A stretch of 64,000 nucleotides of DNA from positions 32,056,001 through 32,120,000 of the forward strand of contig NC_058368.1 in assembly GCF_018350175.1 (NCBI RefSeq), read 5' to 3'. Under the pieces are notes generated by a model, which searched no databases, was not told where the DNA came from, and was given only the letters and a program-made list of their open reading frames with translations. Positions 1-13,652 of this stretch are shown here, in pieces. The translations under genes were made by a program, and so were the position numbers. The stretch's first letter is position 1. Each line of letters begins with the position of its first letter. Source of the stretch: Felis catus. Lineage: Eukaryota.

Positions 1-183
1 ACAGAAAGAGACAGAGCATCAACGGGGGAGGGGCAGAGAGAGAGGGAGACAACGGAATCTGAAGCAGGCTCCAGGCTCTGAGCTGTCAGCCCAGAGCCCG
101 ACGCGGGGCTCGAACTCACGGACCGTGAGATCGTGACCTGGCTGAAGTCGGACGCTTAACCGACTGCGCCACCCAAGCGTCCC
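1..183 (-). mobile_element. Young feline Can-SINE (SINEC_Fc-like), cut by window start
   Basis: Reverse-strand SINE body with CpGs retained: gacgcggggctcgaactcacggaccgtgagatcgtgacctggctgaagtcggacgcttaaccgactgcgccacc. Confidence 0.95.
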
Positions 184-2006
184 TATTTAAGGGAATTTAA
201 AGGCATTCAGGTAAAGAACCAGAAATGGAGTATGCCTGACTTTTAAGTTGCCATTTATTTTTTTAAGTCTGAATTTATAAACACTACAATATATATAATC
301 CATAAAAAATCTATTGAGTACCTACTGTGCTTAAAAATATCCCAAAACATTGTGGAAAATATAAAAAATGATTAGGTAAAAATACAGTAATCAAAATCTT
401 GCCAAATACATGTGGAAATTAAATCACCACATATTAACTTTAGTGACTTCAGCGTCTGTCACACAAACAAATGGAAACCTTCTTATCTTTGCCTACCAAA
501 TCCAGTTCATAGTGCCCTCTTTGAAGCTCACAGTGCTTTTTCCAAGAAATTTCTTAATGCTTTCTGGCCTCTGTTCCCTTAATATTAAAAAATATTACAA
601 GGTTTAACACTCCGTGATACTTTTGCTATGTGTTTCCTTAACTTTATTTCTACATGATTATGAGATTCTGGAGAACAGGGTATTGAGGTTTTCTATACAT
701 TTCCATATGTGTATTATTATGTGCAAACCCTGAGACATAATATTAATAAAATATTTAGAAATAAATGGGAATGTAATTATCATTATACTGTGCTTTCTGT
801 AGGAATGGTAGAAATATTACAAAGGAAAGGAGATCAGTCAATCTGGTGTAATCAAAGAAAACTTTAAGAAATAACTGAAACAATGATACCATTGGAGAAT
901 CATTGAACTGTAGATAAATAAAAAAAAAAAAAATCCCAGAAAATATAAGAACATCTAGACTAAGAAAGTAACTGCCATAAGAATATATTTTCCATAAAAT
1001 ATAGAGGATTGAAGTTTTTCCGAAGAAGACACTTTGTACAGAAAACCTGGGTAAATAATAATCAAATTATGAGGGTCAGAAAATGAAGGATCTACAAAGC
1101 AAAGCTATCAAGATGGTTTAATCAATTTCTAGTAGGTGATCAAAGTCACTAAAGAAACTACTTGATCATAAGTGTCAAATGCCAAAAGTAGGAGCTCAAG
1201 AAAATTATTTATGACAGATTTAAAAATTTAAATTAGTAAGATCAGTCTGAGGGAGTTCAATTGTTTAAGCTTGAATTGGGGAGAATCTCCACTTGGAGAA
1301 TAACAATGGCCATGAAGACCAAATTGGATCATATTAAGGACAATTGTAAAACATATTTTAAGACCATAAATTAAATAATTCATGACAGTTTGGATTAGGA
1401 AATGTGGGAAAGGGATGATTCAAATTACAGTCTATAAGGTAGGTAACTGAGGGAATGATGATGATAATGGTCCAGAAATATAGATATTAATATTTAAAGT
1501 CTGTGTTTTAACATGTCAAATTAAAAATTTTTACCATTTTAATTGAAGCACTACAGACATATAGAAGAGTGCACAGATCATAAGTGTACAGTTGAATGGG
1601 CAGAGTAAACACATTTGTGCAAACACGACTGTGGTCAAGTAACATAGCATTATATATTCCCAATTTACTGTTCATCTTTATTACCGTTGTGGGGATTTTA
1701 CACAATTTTTTCTGTGAATATTCTTGCCTAATTCTGTAGGTGCAGTTGTATACCCATTTAGGAAGTTGCTACTCATTGGGTCCATGCATGTTTAAATTTA
1801 ATAGATAAAGTCAAGTAGTATTCCAAAGTCTTATGACAGTTTGTATTCATAATCTGTACCGTATGAGATTCCACTTTCCTTTTGAAATGCCTTTTCTTTC
1901 CTAAATATTTTTTTCTGAGACAGTTATATCATCACTATTTTTGAGAGATGCAGAAGCTATATTATTGTAGGTATAAGAATAAATTAGTCCATGATTAACA
2001 GCACAT

Positions 2007-2136
2007 AATGAACTTAGTCTGTTTCTTATAGTTAATATTAAATAATATATAAAAGAATACTATATATTAAAAATGAACTTAGTCTATTTCTTATAGTTAA
2101 TATTAAATAATATATAAAAGAATACTATATATTAAA
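2007..2136. repeat. 65-bp direct tandem duplication (2 copies)
   Basis: aatgaacttagtct(g/a)tttcttatagttaatattaaataatatataaaagaatactatatattaaa at 2007-2071 and 2072-2136, one mismatch. Confidence 0.95.
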
Positions 2137-2653
2137 GGGTGCGATATACTTGAAATTTAAGACTTTACAGTTGAATAATATCTTAGCACTCAGTGAAAAC
2201 TTTCTTTCTACCACTGAGCCTTTTAAAGCATTAAAAAACAGCTGTCCAGCAGTTCAAAGTATTACAGGAGGTTGTAAAGAGCTTTGGATCACCACTGCAG
2301 CCATTCATACATGAAATTTGAGAAGGCTTTTGTGGGCTGGATGTAGTAGGTAATTAATTTGGGAAAATTCCAGAGGTTAAGACCAGATGAGCTATTTCAC
2401 TTCATCTGGACCTGCTGCTACTGATAAATGGTTGAGGAGTTTTTGTTTATGGAAGGAAACTTCCATAAGAGTTCTGCTTCTGCAAGAGGAAAACTAAAAG
2501 ACATCACGCAACATGGGTTAAATCTCACACCGCAAATAGCATGGTTGCCATTTTTGCAATGTGGATTCTTCTAAATGAGAACTTTTCCACATAAAGTGTG
2601 GAGGTGATGGCTCAGAGAATAAGAAATTGGTTATCACAATAACAGTAGTAGAA

Positions 2654-2892
2654 TTTTTTTTGTAAAATTAAAAACATTTTAATGTTTACTTGTTTTTGAA
2701 GGAGTGAGGGGGGGGAAGGGAGAGACAGAAAGAGAAAGAGAGGCAGAGAGACAGGGCGACATAGAATCCTAAGTGGGCTACAGGCTGTGAGCTGTCAGCA
2801 CAGAGCCCAACACAGGGCTTAAACTCACAAATTGCAAGATCATGGCCTGAGCCTAAGTCAGACGCTTAACCAGCTGAGCCACTTAGGGGGCC
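2654..2892 (-). mobile_element. Can-SINE
   Basis: SINEC body on the minus strand; tggttatcaca present on both sides (2628 and 2893). Confidence 0.9.
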
Positions 2893-4769
2893 TGGTTATC
2901 ACAGAACTTTAATGAGACTTGATAGGGGTAAGTAAACCGTGTACAATGTACCAGTAAGTTCACTAAAGTAGTAATTAAACTAAAAACTAAGTCAATAATT
3001 ATTGTCACTTAGTGGGAAAAAGGCATTGGTTTCAAAATTCCAATAATTTAATGTCTGCACCGGTGAGTTACTAACAAAAATATTGTTAACTTCTACAGAA
3101 GACATGCTTTTAGTAAAAATATAATCGGTAAATCTCTATAAGATGTATAATGAAATTACTGTAAAATTTAGCTTAATAGATAATTATGATATATCTGTGA
3201 TTTTGTCATAATAATTTTATTAGAAATATACTGCAAGTTCGAATGTCACCTATTCTAAGAAATTTGTTTAGAAACTGCAATTAAATAATTCAGAAATAAT
3301 TAATTCAGAAGACAACCCATTAAATTATAACCCTCCCCACAGGTTAAGTTGGTGCCAAATGTATTGTTTAATTTATCATTCTTAGTATTTTTAGACAGCC
3401 TCAAGGCAGAGAATGAAGTAATAATAAATAGGGAATAGTGGATAATTAGAGAAGGAAATGTGGAACAAAATTACTAAGGGCTTTAGGTGAAGTTCATTAT
3501 TACTATTTAATAGTGCCCAAGAGCATTCGATCAAATTATGGATCAAGTTTAAAAGTGGGCTGAATGAAATCCTTGTGGAGGAGAGTTTTCTTACTTTTTT
3601 TTTTTCCTCAGGATTCAGCTCAGTATTAAAAATATATATTCAAAATATCCCTTACAAGTCATATTTTGACCAAGCCTTATGGAAAATCACATTGGGGGGG
3701 ATTGTGGATGTAGATGTGAGGGTTAAGTCACATATATTGGGATAAGGGAGATTACAAAAATATAAAATAAAGACAAGGTGAGGGAAAATGTATAATCAAA
3801 CAGCATGAGCTTGTTTGTCAATAAGCTGTGTGCCACACAGACTGAGACCATTACATGATTAAGCAGTAAGGCACTTCAGGGATAACGGGTTAAGTGACAT
3901 ATTGTAAATCTAGCCCTCAGGCCATTTAGTGCATGGGGAAATCTCACCTTTCTAACTCCTTTCTTGTGGATCACCCTAGAGCGCCATATTTTCATTATTA
4001 AACTTTTAAAGGCATAAATGCATATTTACTTGTTTTTATAATTGTTTCATTTCATTACTGAAGTCATAGTTGTGCAACCTATGAATGCTACCCTGCTCAT
4101 GCGGTATAGAGTTATTCCTACCAGTTCTTAATTAAACCCAGTTTTTTTTTAGGCAAGGAGTAGGAGATGTGCAATTTCTGTTCATTCTGTACAGAACTAG
4201 GGTATAGAAATTTGTGGTCAGTGGAAACAAAGTGTGTTAGGTTTGTTTATCAACTGCATGCTGGAGGCTAAGTGATGTGCTTTGAAATTCTATCGGGACT
4301 AATAATAATGATATTAATATTAACAATAGGATGTACTTCATGAATTCTAAGAAATCTATGTCTTATTTATGTATAAGTTGACCTCACTTGTGATTTTATC
4401 ATGATACTAAGTAGCAGAGACTAATTCCCAAATGTCAATATATTTTGCCTATAAAAGAAATATATAGCCCTATTTCAAATGTTCTCTATACTAATGATAG
4501 CTAGATAGCTACACTATTGAATACATTCAAAAATCCTTGTGAAAATGATTTCTAACCTATGATGTCTAACCTATGGGGTGAAATATATTTTTGTTACTTA
4601 TTTACAACATCAGCATTTTGAAGCACGAACACTCAAAATTAAAAAAGAAGTAGTTCACAATGGCATTTAATGAGTAGAAAATCTCAAGGCTAAATTGCCC
4701 AATTTTATGAATCACTAATTCATTGATAATCAGTCTTATCTCAATGTGATTCAGTCCCCAGTTCCAAAA

Positions 4770-6430
4770 TATTCACTTTGGACCAGGCATTCTGCTAAGA
4801 CCTGGGAATATGTATATTAATCTTAGAACTCCCAAGATTCCAAAATAAAGAAAAAAGGTAGATACATACTCATCCATTTATGAATTGGATGTGCTGTGAA
4901 GGGTATCCACAAAGGAGGTCATGAAAGAGCAAAGAGGAAGAAGTCTTTATTGGAGAGGTATCATTTGAGTTAGACTTTGAAGCATTTGGTTTAGATATTT
5001 TCTCATTGACATAGATTGACAGAGATTTCAAGAAACAGTATTAGAAAATACTCAACTCATTTGTGGCAATGGTGAGTAGTCCAGTTTCTGAAGCATAGGG
5101 TATAGATTAAGTAGATGGTGAAACTGAGAACGGAAAGGTAATTTGGATCCTTTTATGAAGATCTGTAGGGTCAGTGCTAAAATTGCCAAAAAGTGCCCCT
5201 TCCTAATGGGAATTTATGGATGATTTTGAGTAAAGAATGGCATGACTTACTTCTCTTTTTGGAAGATGACTTTGATTTATGAAAACATTGATGGTGATTA
5301 AAAAGGGGAGGCTTTAAAGATTTACAGTACGGGGTGCCTAGGTGATTCAGTCTGTTAAGCATCCGACTTCGGCTCAAGTCATGATATCACTGTCCATGAG
5401 TTCGAGCCCCACGTCGGCCTGTGTGCTGACAGCTCAGAGCCTGGAGCCTGCTTCAGATTCTGTGTCTCCCTCTCTCTCTGCCCCTCCCCTGTTCATGCTC
5501 TGTCTCGCTCTGTCTCAAAAATGAATAAACATTAAAAAAATAATTAAAAAATATTTACAATATGAATAGAAACTTGATCATACTGGATTAGAAAAATTTG
5601 AACCCAGTGAATAGCATTGTTGGGAGGGAAATAAGAATCATTGAAGAGAGATCTAACAGGTGTTTATTACATTTTTTCAAGACAGAGATGATGACAGTTT
5701 GAAGTAAATATATCAAATCTCTATACATGGATTTCAGTGTGTATCAGGGGTAGTGGGACAGGTAACCACAAGAAAAGAAAATTTAGGTTTGTATTGGAGG
5801 ATCTGAATGGACTGGGACACAATTATTGGACACAATATGAAATGGATAATTAAAATATGAACAACTTTGGAGGGGATGAAGATGGTTAAGTTTAAAAATC
5901 ATAAATCTGAGATACTTGTTAGTTATCTAGATAAAGATAACAAATAGAAGCTTATTTGATTTTGGGTCTGAAGGAGCTTATGAAACATCATGTCTGGATA
6001 AAATATCTTAACAACTATGGTGTGTGTGTGTGTGTGTGAAGTGCATTCAAGATTAAGATTATAAGACTAGATGAGTTTAGGGCATATAGAAGAAAAAAAG
6101 ATCTGAGAGCCAAATCTGAGGACCTCAGATTTTAGATTTTGAAGGTTGGGTAAAGGAGGACATATAAGTAAAAGAAACTGAGATATGTTGATGAGGTATA
6201 GAGGCTAAGGAAAGAAAGTATATCATGAAGGAGAGAATTGTCAAATTCTTCAAATGCTAAGAGTTTGGATAACACATTTTAGCAACATGAAGATAATTGT
6301 AAACTTTAAAAAGGGTTCAGTACACTTTTGGTAATGAAAGCCAATTGGAATATGTTACTAGCAAAATGAGGAAGTGGAAATAGCAAATGCAGATAACATT
6401 TTCCAGATGTTTGGATAAGATGAGGAATAG
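4770..6430 (-). mobile_element. Degraded L2 LINE fragments (interrupted by a SINE)
   Basis: L2-antisense-like motifs such as ccaggcattctgctaagacctgggaata, ggagaggtatcatttgagttagactttgaag and gaattgtcaaattcttcaaatgcta; recalled similarity only. Confidence 0.55.
5331..5550 (+). mobile_element. Can-SINE
   Basis: ggggtgcctaggtgattcagtc head, CT-rich tract, aataaac A-tail; degenerate TSD aaagatttacagta / aaatatttacaata. Confidence 0.95.
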
Positions 6431-7766
6431 AAAAATAGATTAGACTGTTGGGACTTTTAATGTCAACCCATAATGTGCTTCCTACACAAATTCAAAATTA
6501 ATTTAGAGGTAGACACAGTAACCAAATAAATGGAATACTAATTACTATGAAATGTTTTATTATTGGTAAATTTTAGGTGGGAAGATACGGCTAAAGTATG
6601 CTTCCAACCTTCCAAGTGGACTTGCTAACATGCTCTGCCCCACCTCAACCTCTCAAAAGGTTATACTTTGAAACAGAGCTCCTAAGAGCAAGTTTCAATT
6701 TCCTCTATAGACACCCTTACCTCAAACTGTTGCTTGGTCCCTGTAGGGGGTTGGACAGCCCATGTTCTCATAGCCAGTAATAGATTAGCTTTATCCATTC
6801 AGGAAACCAGAGCAAAGACAAGCTACCAGAAAAATTACTCACATCCAGATATGCCCCATCCGCACTCAACATTGAATATTTTTACCTGCTGTTACCAATT
6901 TTGCTCAGCCATGGCTTAGTTATCCCCTTTGGAAGAAAAGAACAGAAGCCTATCCTGATTATCCTACTCTTAGCTCCTTCAGCTGCTTTCAAGATACTAC
7001 TTACTGCTTAAAATTGCTTCTTAGTTAATTACCCTGGTTCCCAAATAGGACAGTGTAGAATCTTTCCCTGGAAAGCAAATAATATATTAAATTAATTCTA
7101 ATCCCACTATGTATCCACGGCAGAATATTCGCTTTCTGTTTTATCATCCATTCATCCAGTGTATCTCTAGCCATGCTTTTCCAATTTGTCCAGTTGTCTT
7201 CAATGAAATTAAGTGATATTAGCTATGCAATGCCAGTGATATAATAGTATCCCCTGTTTGAGCAGAGCCTTTATTACCCTAAGGGAGGGAAAATATATTT
7301 CTCCGTCCTCCTGTACTACTGTCTTCCCTTCATTCTCTTAACATTCCTTAATTTGCCAGCCCAGTCAATCTAAGACCAATAGGGACAAGTTATAGTGCCA
7401 TAGGTCAGGTTTATAAACCTATCTCAGTGAGAAAAACTGTACACTCATGGAACCATGCAATTTTTCCACAAAGAAAAAAGAGAAGGTTACTATAAGATTT
7501 GGGATACGTGGCATTTAGGTGAAATCTAAATGAAGTATTGTTTCCATAGGCTAAAAACAAAGCTGGGCTTTCTGTAAAGGGGTCAACATGAGATCTGGTT
7601 TGAAAAGTGGACCCAGGATTCTGTTTCTATGGAAACTACAAAGTGAATTTAAATGTGGAATGTTGTGTCCAGAAAACCATTATCTATATCTCTGCACCTG
7701 GATTAAAAATTGAGGCTGCTCCTCTGTATCAAAATGACTTAGATACCCAAGCAAGAATAGCATGGG

Positions 7767-7797
7767 TTTTGTTTTGTTTTGTTTTGTTTTGTTTTGT

Positions 7798-7825
<28 letters not shown>
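7767..7825. repeat. (GTTTT)n microsatellite
   Basis: Perfect pentanucleotide run. Confidence 0.95.
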
Positions 7826-7828
<3 letters not shown>

Positions 7829-8278
7829 AGTGACATGCTTTCAAACCACATTTCTGCTGGCATAATTTTCAGGGCACAAAGTTGCTCAGTGATTAAGAAA
7901 TCAGTAGTCACTAAAGAAGGTGGTTGTTATGACACTTCACAGCTGCAGCATATCCTCAGAGACAGATTGTTTCATGTTAACTTTGAGCTGGCCTTGTCTG
8001 TTATCCCAGTGTAATGAATGAGACAGCCAATTTAAAATTTCTCACTAAGTGTTAATTTCTATTATTACTGATTTTTTAAATATCAGGATCTCTTATTTTT
8101 TTGCTATTTTCTTAGTCTGCAATGGTCTTGCCTCACATATTCATTTACGTCACACACCCTCACTTTTTTCAAAGTGCAGTTTTCTCATCCTATCTAAAAT
8201 TTCAGCTTTTCCCCCTAAAACTTATTATCGACTTCTCTGCATTATTTTCCTCTTGGCCCTTATCACTATGTTTACTTA

Positions 8279-8780
8279 GTATAGGAAGCAGCCTCTAAAA
8301 TGGTCCCCAAATGTTCCCCATCTCCTAGTATTCATGCCCCTGTGCAATTTCCTCTTCTTTAAATGTGGGTAAGACTCATTGACACATTTCTAACAAGGAC
8401 AATATGACCTAATGGCAGGTTGCCACTTCTGAGATTAGGTTTCAAAACAACAACAACAAAAAAAAATGATGGCTTCCAACTCTCTCTTTGGGGAAAAGAA
8501 GCTGCTACTATTTAATAAGTAACCCTATGGTCAGGATCATATGGCAAAGAATGATGTCTCCAAACAACAGCCAATAGACATGTGAGGGAGCCTGTTAGTG
8601 AAGCTTCTGACTGCAGCTCTGCATGAAATGTTGACAGCAGCCTATGAGAGACCCTGAACTAGAAGCACCCTAAGGAGCTGCACCTGGGTTTGGGACCCTC
8701 AGAAACTGTGAGATAATACATGTTTTAAGTTGTTTACTCTTTGACATAATTGATTATGCAGTAGTACTAGATAACTGTCA
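8279..8780 (+). mobile_element. MaLR solo LTR (MLT1F/G-like)
   Basis: gcagcctctaaaatggtcccca...ctcctagtattcatgccc start; cctcagaaactgtgagataata and tagataact near the end, typical of MLT1. Confidence 0.75.
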
Positions 8781-9389
8781 CTTTTATTTAGCTTGACTAC
8801 CATTTACCAACTAGAATATTAACCCATGTACGCAGTGATTTGGGTTTTGTTTTGCTTTTCCATTGTTTTCCTGTTGCTTAGAACTGGGAATAGCACTATA
8901 ATTTCATATTAATATACAATCATAAGGTGTCCAGAATTTGGCACTCTGATAAGGAAGTAGAATATGCAGTCTTAATACATCTAGCTCATCATGTAATATA
9001 AGGGTCCCTTGTCTGATCACAAAAGGGGTTTTATCCAAAGAAAATCCACTTAACAAAAGGCACAAAGAAAAGAGTAGCCTGGAAATTAGCAAGTCCTTTT
9101 GACACACATGACCCACATTACACATGGCTGATAATGTGTTGCCTTTCATACAAATGAAGAAATAAACAGAATAAGAGTTTATCAGCAGTACCTCAATCTT
9201 TTCTTCATTCTTGGAGGTTATTTGAAGAAAACTTAAACAGATGTTGTAGTACCAGTTTGTTGGTAAAAATAGCAATTTAATAATTGTATTCCTGATGAAC
9301 CACAGACTGCCTCCATTGGTTACTGAATTCTTGCTTAGCTATATCTACCAATTACTAAGCAAAGTGTTGTGTACTATAAAAAAATAGAA

Positions 9390-10900
9390 TTTATTTTGAA
9401 GATTATAATAAATTTCCCCATTTCTCTTTTGGTCACTCCGCTTGTCTCAGTGATCACATTTCTGTATGTGTGTGGGGTAGTTTCTAGGACCATCACTCTC
9501 TTGAATTAGCCCATTTTACTATCCCTGTCCCAATATATGCTGTTTTTAAAACTTTAGCCTCATTATAAATCTTAATAATTTGGGGCACAAGTTATCATCC
9601 TTTATTCTTTACATAAGGAATTTATATATTCTTTGGTATAGGTTCATTGGAAAGGGCTTATTGACCCCTACTCACAAAATTGTGAATTTCATTGAGATTA
9701 ATCTACAGTTCAAGATGGAAAGAAAAAAGTCTTTACAATAGAGTTTATCCTTACATAAATTTCTTTCACATCTTTAGTTCTAGACACTGTATTTTTGTTT
9801 TTATTACTGGTATCACTTTTTAAAAATATATTTTTCATTCTATATTGGTAATGAATAAAACTGTAAATGACAGTAATGTCTTACATGAAGAGAAGTCTTT
9901 GAGTTTGGTGTAACTAAACTCATCAAATTTGCCTCGTCATTTGTTCTGTAAAAGTTTAATACAAGAAGTTTCTTTTCTGCCTTTAGGACACAATGAAGTT
10001 TTCTTTAATTTTCCTTTATTAGCTTTACAATTTAACCTTCAAAATTAAATATTTAATCTATCTAGTTTCCATCCTTGAATGTCGTGTTTGATTAAGTTTC
10101 TTGTTCTCTGTATAGAGAGCTAGGGTTCCTGCTGCAATCTACTAAAACTCTCCATCTTTCCCCAGTGATTTATGCTAATGCTTTATTGTATGTGAAATGG
10201 CCAAATAGAAATGGTCTGTTTCTACCTCTATATTCTTTTAATTGGCTTATCTGTGTGTGTTCTTATAAATGCAAAAATTTAAAACTGTAGCATACTATAG
10301 TATATTTTACTTTTATCTTTTTAAAAACTTGTTTAGGCTCTTTGTGCACTCTTGTAAGTCTCTATACATTTTAGAGCATTTTAGGTTTCTCGAAAAGAAG
10401 AAAAGCCCTAGAATTGGGAATGCATAGAATTTACATGATTTAAAGATATAGGATAGATGTCTCATAGAAGAAATAAATTATTATCTAGAACATATAAATA
10501 CTTCCTCAAATTAACAACAAAAATACCAAAACTGTAATAGGAAGTGGATAAAGAATATATATTTAGGCAATTTACAGAATAGGAAACCGAAAAAGTCAAT
10601 AAGCATTTGAAGGCATGTGTTAAAATCATTGGCATTAAACAACGTTGGTTAAAGCAACACTGGGATATCATTTTCTACCTCAATTACTTTCACATAAGAA
10701 CACTTTGTAATCCCAAGTGTTGATGGGGATATTGTGTGAAATTGTAAAATCCCTCTGGTTATGGGAAGATCTTTGGGACTCTCTCAAAAATCTAAATACA
10801 ATGTTTTATGCTCAGCACGAAATAAGGGGCTCAGTATATTGTGTTTACTGCCTTAGACAATCAAGCTCAAGAAAAATTCCATCATATAAGAATGTGTCAG
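9390..10900. mobile_element. Highly degraded old L1 (L1M/L1ME-like) fragments, mostly minus strand with a plus-strand piece from ~10470
   Basis: Scattered motifs resembling the L1 ORF2 3' part (ctttccccagtgattt, aagcatttgaaggcatgtgttaaaatcattggcattaa). Confidence 0.45.
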
Positions 10901-11160
10901 CTTGAACAATAACACACCATTATCTTACCTTGCTCAATAAAAGGAATAAGAAATACAGATATCTTGGATATCCTAAAACCTATATTAAGATAATTGCTGA
11001 TACGTATCTCACACAGATAAAAAAGTCATACATACATTAATTTTTATAGACATAAACAATTTGGGGCAACTTCATAATGCCTGAATAGTAACAATGAGAT
11101 CTGTTGCAGTGTTTTCTATAACCATTAAGATAAGCAACACCAAGAAAAATACAGATTTAT

Positions 11161-11385
11161 GGGGTGCCTGGGTGGCTCAGTTGGTTGAGTGTCCAACTTC
11201 CGCTCAGGGCATGCTCTCACTGTTCATGAGTCCAAGCCCCACCTCAGACTCTGTGCTGACAGCTCAGAGCCTGGAGCCTGCTTTGGGTTCTGTGTCTCCC
11301 TCTCTCTCTGCCCCTGCCCCGCTTACGCTCTGTCTCTCTCACTCTCGAAAATAAACATTACCAAAAAAAAGAAAGAAAAAAAGAG
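11161..11385 (+). mobile_element. Can-SINE
   Basis: Full body; TSD aatacagattta. Confidence 0.95.
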
Positions 11386-11964
11386 AATAATACAGATTTA
11401 AATCTCCTAACTATGGTACATTTTTTTCTTTTCTTGCCTTTGATTTTTCCCTTTGATAATTATTCATTATCTTTACACATGTAAATGTCATTTGAATTTT
11501 CTACCTCATCAAAACTAAGTTACATCTGTGGTACATTATTTCTGTGTGTGCAGCATCAAAACGTTACATTTGTTTATCTTAAGGTACCAAAAAAAGTCTT
11601 TCTTCAACACGATGGACATTCATGTCATTAGTGTACAAGAGGCAGCAACGAAATGAATATGGAATCAAAGTACACATCAGAGTGATCCAGATGACAGAAA
11701 AAAATGGACATGGCAAGAGGACGACAGCTCAAACAGAGTTGAAAGCATCTTGTAAAAATCAAAGCAGTAATGAATTTCACTCGACACAACCAGCCCCTGT
11801 TATCAGGAGATGAATGGAAATCTCTGTTTTTCTTTCAGGGGTTAGAGTAGAAAATGAAAATGACAAGAAACCAGTGAAAGTTAGGAAGTTTAGGGGAAAA
11901 GTGCTACTCTGAAGACAGTTTCTTATTATGAATTCCATTTTATTTCAATGAATTCTTTTGAAAA

Positions 11965-12174
11965 TTTTTTAATGTTTATTTATTTTTGAGAGAGACAGAG
12001 ACAGAGCGTGAGTGGGGAAGGAGCAGAGAGCAAGGGAGATTCAGAATCTGAAGCCGGCTCCAGGCTCCTAGCTTGTCAGCCCAGAGCCTGGTGCGGGGCT
12101 CGAACCCACAAACCGCAAGATCATGACCTGAGCCAAAATCTGACGCTTGACCTATTGAGCTACCCAGGTGCACC
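11965..12174 (-). mobile_element. Can-SINE
   Basis: Full body; TSD tatttcaatgaattcttt. Confidence 0.95.
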
Positions 12175-13519
12175 TATTTCAATGAATTCTTTATGTGTTC
12201 AGTGAAGGGTTTAATCTCTCCAAAATCTATCCATTTGTCCTAACTACCAAACGCCCAAAATAATAATTATAACTATTTCCCCTACTTTACAGAATGATTT
12301 CTAAGATATTATTTCAGTTATTTCACAGGGTAACCAAAGGAGTTAAGTCGGGTATATATTATCAGCAAACCAGCATTGTATTTTAAAAAGTCAAGTTAGA
12401 AAGATCTTCTAAATAAAGAACAGAAAGGTGTGAACTAAAACCTAGTTTTTCTTACTCCAAATGCTGTATTGCTGCCATGACTACATTCTGCTATTATAAA
12501 AATGTAGTAGTTCTACGTAATTCAGCATGTATAAAATGAACTTTACTTAGGTTTGCATATTTAGGTAAGAGAGAAGTGAGTGATTATCACTCTAAATATG
12601 GCACCTTCTGACAGTCATGCTGATGTTCTATGAAGCAGTTCAAAAGACAGTCCTGTGTGTTTAATAAACATAGTTTTGGCTTTAGGATAGTTTTAGAATA
12701 ATCTTATTATTTGTGAGAAAAAAATTAAAAGATGTTAACATGCCCAACTTCCTTTTTTTTAAATACAGAATTATAATATATTTTGGCTCTTGAGCCTAAT
12801 GAGTAAGAAAAATGAAGTCGGTTGGGGGTGCATTTCTAGCAAAAATGGCAAAAGATTCAGATACAAATTTCAAGTGTACCAGCAGATTAAACTGCAAAAC
12901 AGTTTGCATGTAGACAAGAAATTTGAGCAATAACCCTGTGAGATTTCAGGAAAAAAAAGAAACTGGAAAAAAATACCACTGGCCAAAAAAAAAAAAAAAA
13001 AAAAAGGAATTGCTAGAAGAAGAGAAGCAATACAGGCAAGAAAAGGAAAGAAAGTAAATGAACTGTCAGCATGGGAACAAAGGTGATGACCAATGTCTGG
13101 ATCATCCAGTGAGGACTCATGGTAAACAATTAAAGAAGTTCAGTACCTAATTCTGGGCAAGATCTAATCTACCATAGGAACTTATTTCTCCCACTTATCT
13201 TTCCTCCATAACTCTATCCTAATATCTACAGACTATGATGTTTCTCTTTTTATTAACTCCCCACTCCCCATGTCCTACCATGACTTTCAATACAGATGAG
13301 TTATTTACTTTTCAGTGTATTCCATGTGTGAATCACTCTCGTGTTTGTTGTTCAGCTTTAAATTAAGAAAGAATGATTACAATGTTACATTTTTATTTTA
13401 ATTAATTTTTAATTTTCTTTTGTAAAAGAGTAAGGAGAATGGGGAACAAAGATTTAATATAATTGAACCTCTACAAACTATATTTTGCTCTAGTAAGTTT
13501 ATTTGCCTATATTTATATA

Positions 13520-13650
13520 TATATGTCATTTTCACAGTTTTTAAGTGTAAATTCCATACCATTAATTACACTCATAATGTTGTACAATCATCACCACTAT
13601 TTCCAAAAATTATTACTATAACAAAAACTCTGAACCTAATAAACAATAAG
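13520..13650 (-). mobile_element. Old L1 (L1MA/L1MB-like) 3'-terminal fragment, directly joined to the U6 copy
   Basis: ttaagtgtaaattcc...cattaattacactcataatgttgtacaatcatcaccactat...aactctgaacctaataaacaataa matches the recalled antisense L1MB 3' end. Confidence 0.75.
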
Positions 13651-13652
13651 TG

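Noticed and set aside
5331..5400. tRNA genes suggested by A/B-box motifs in SINE heads
   Set aside because: They are the tRNA-derived heads of Can-SINEs, followed by a CT tract and A-tail.
7607..8014. 135-aa ORF with an FCFVL repeat
   Set aside because: The repeat is a (GTTTT)n microsatellite; the surroundings may be a degraded LTR that I could not assign.
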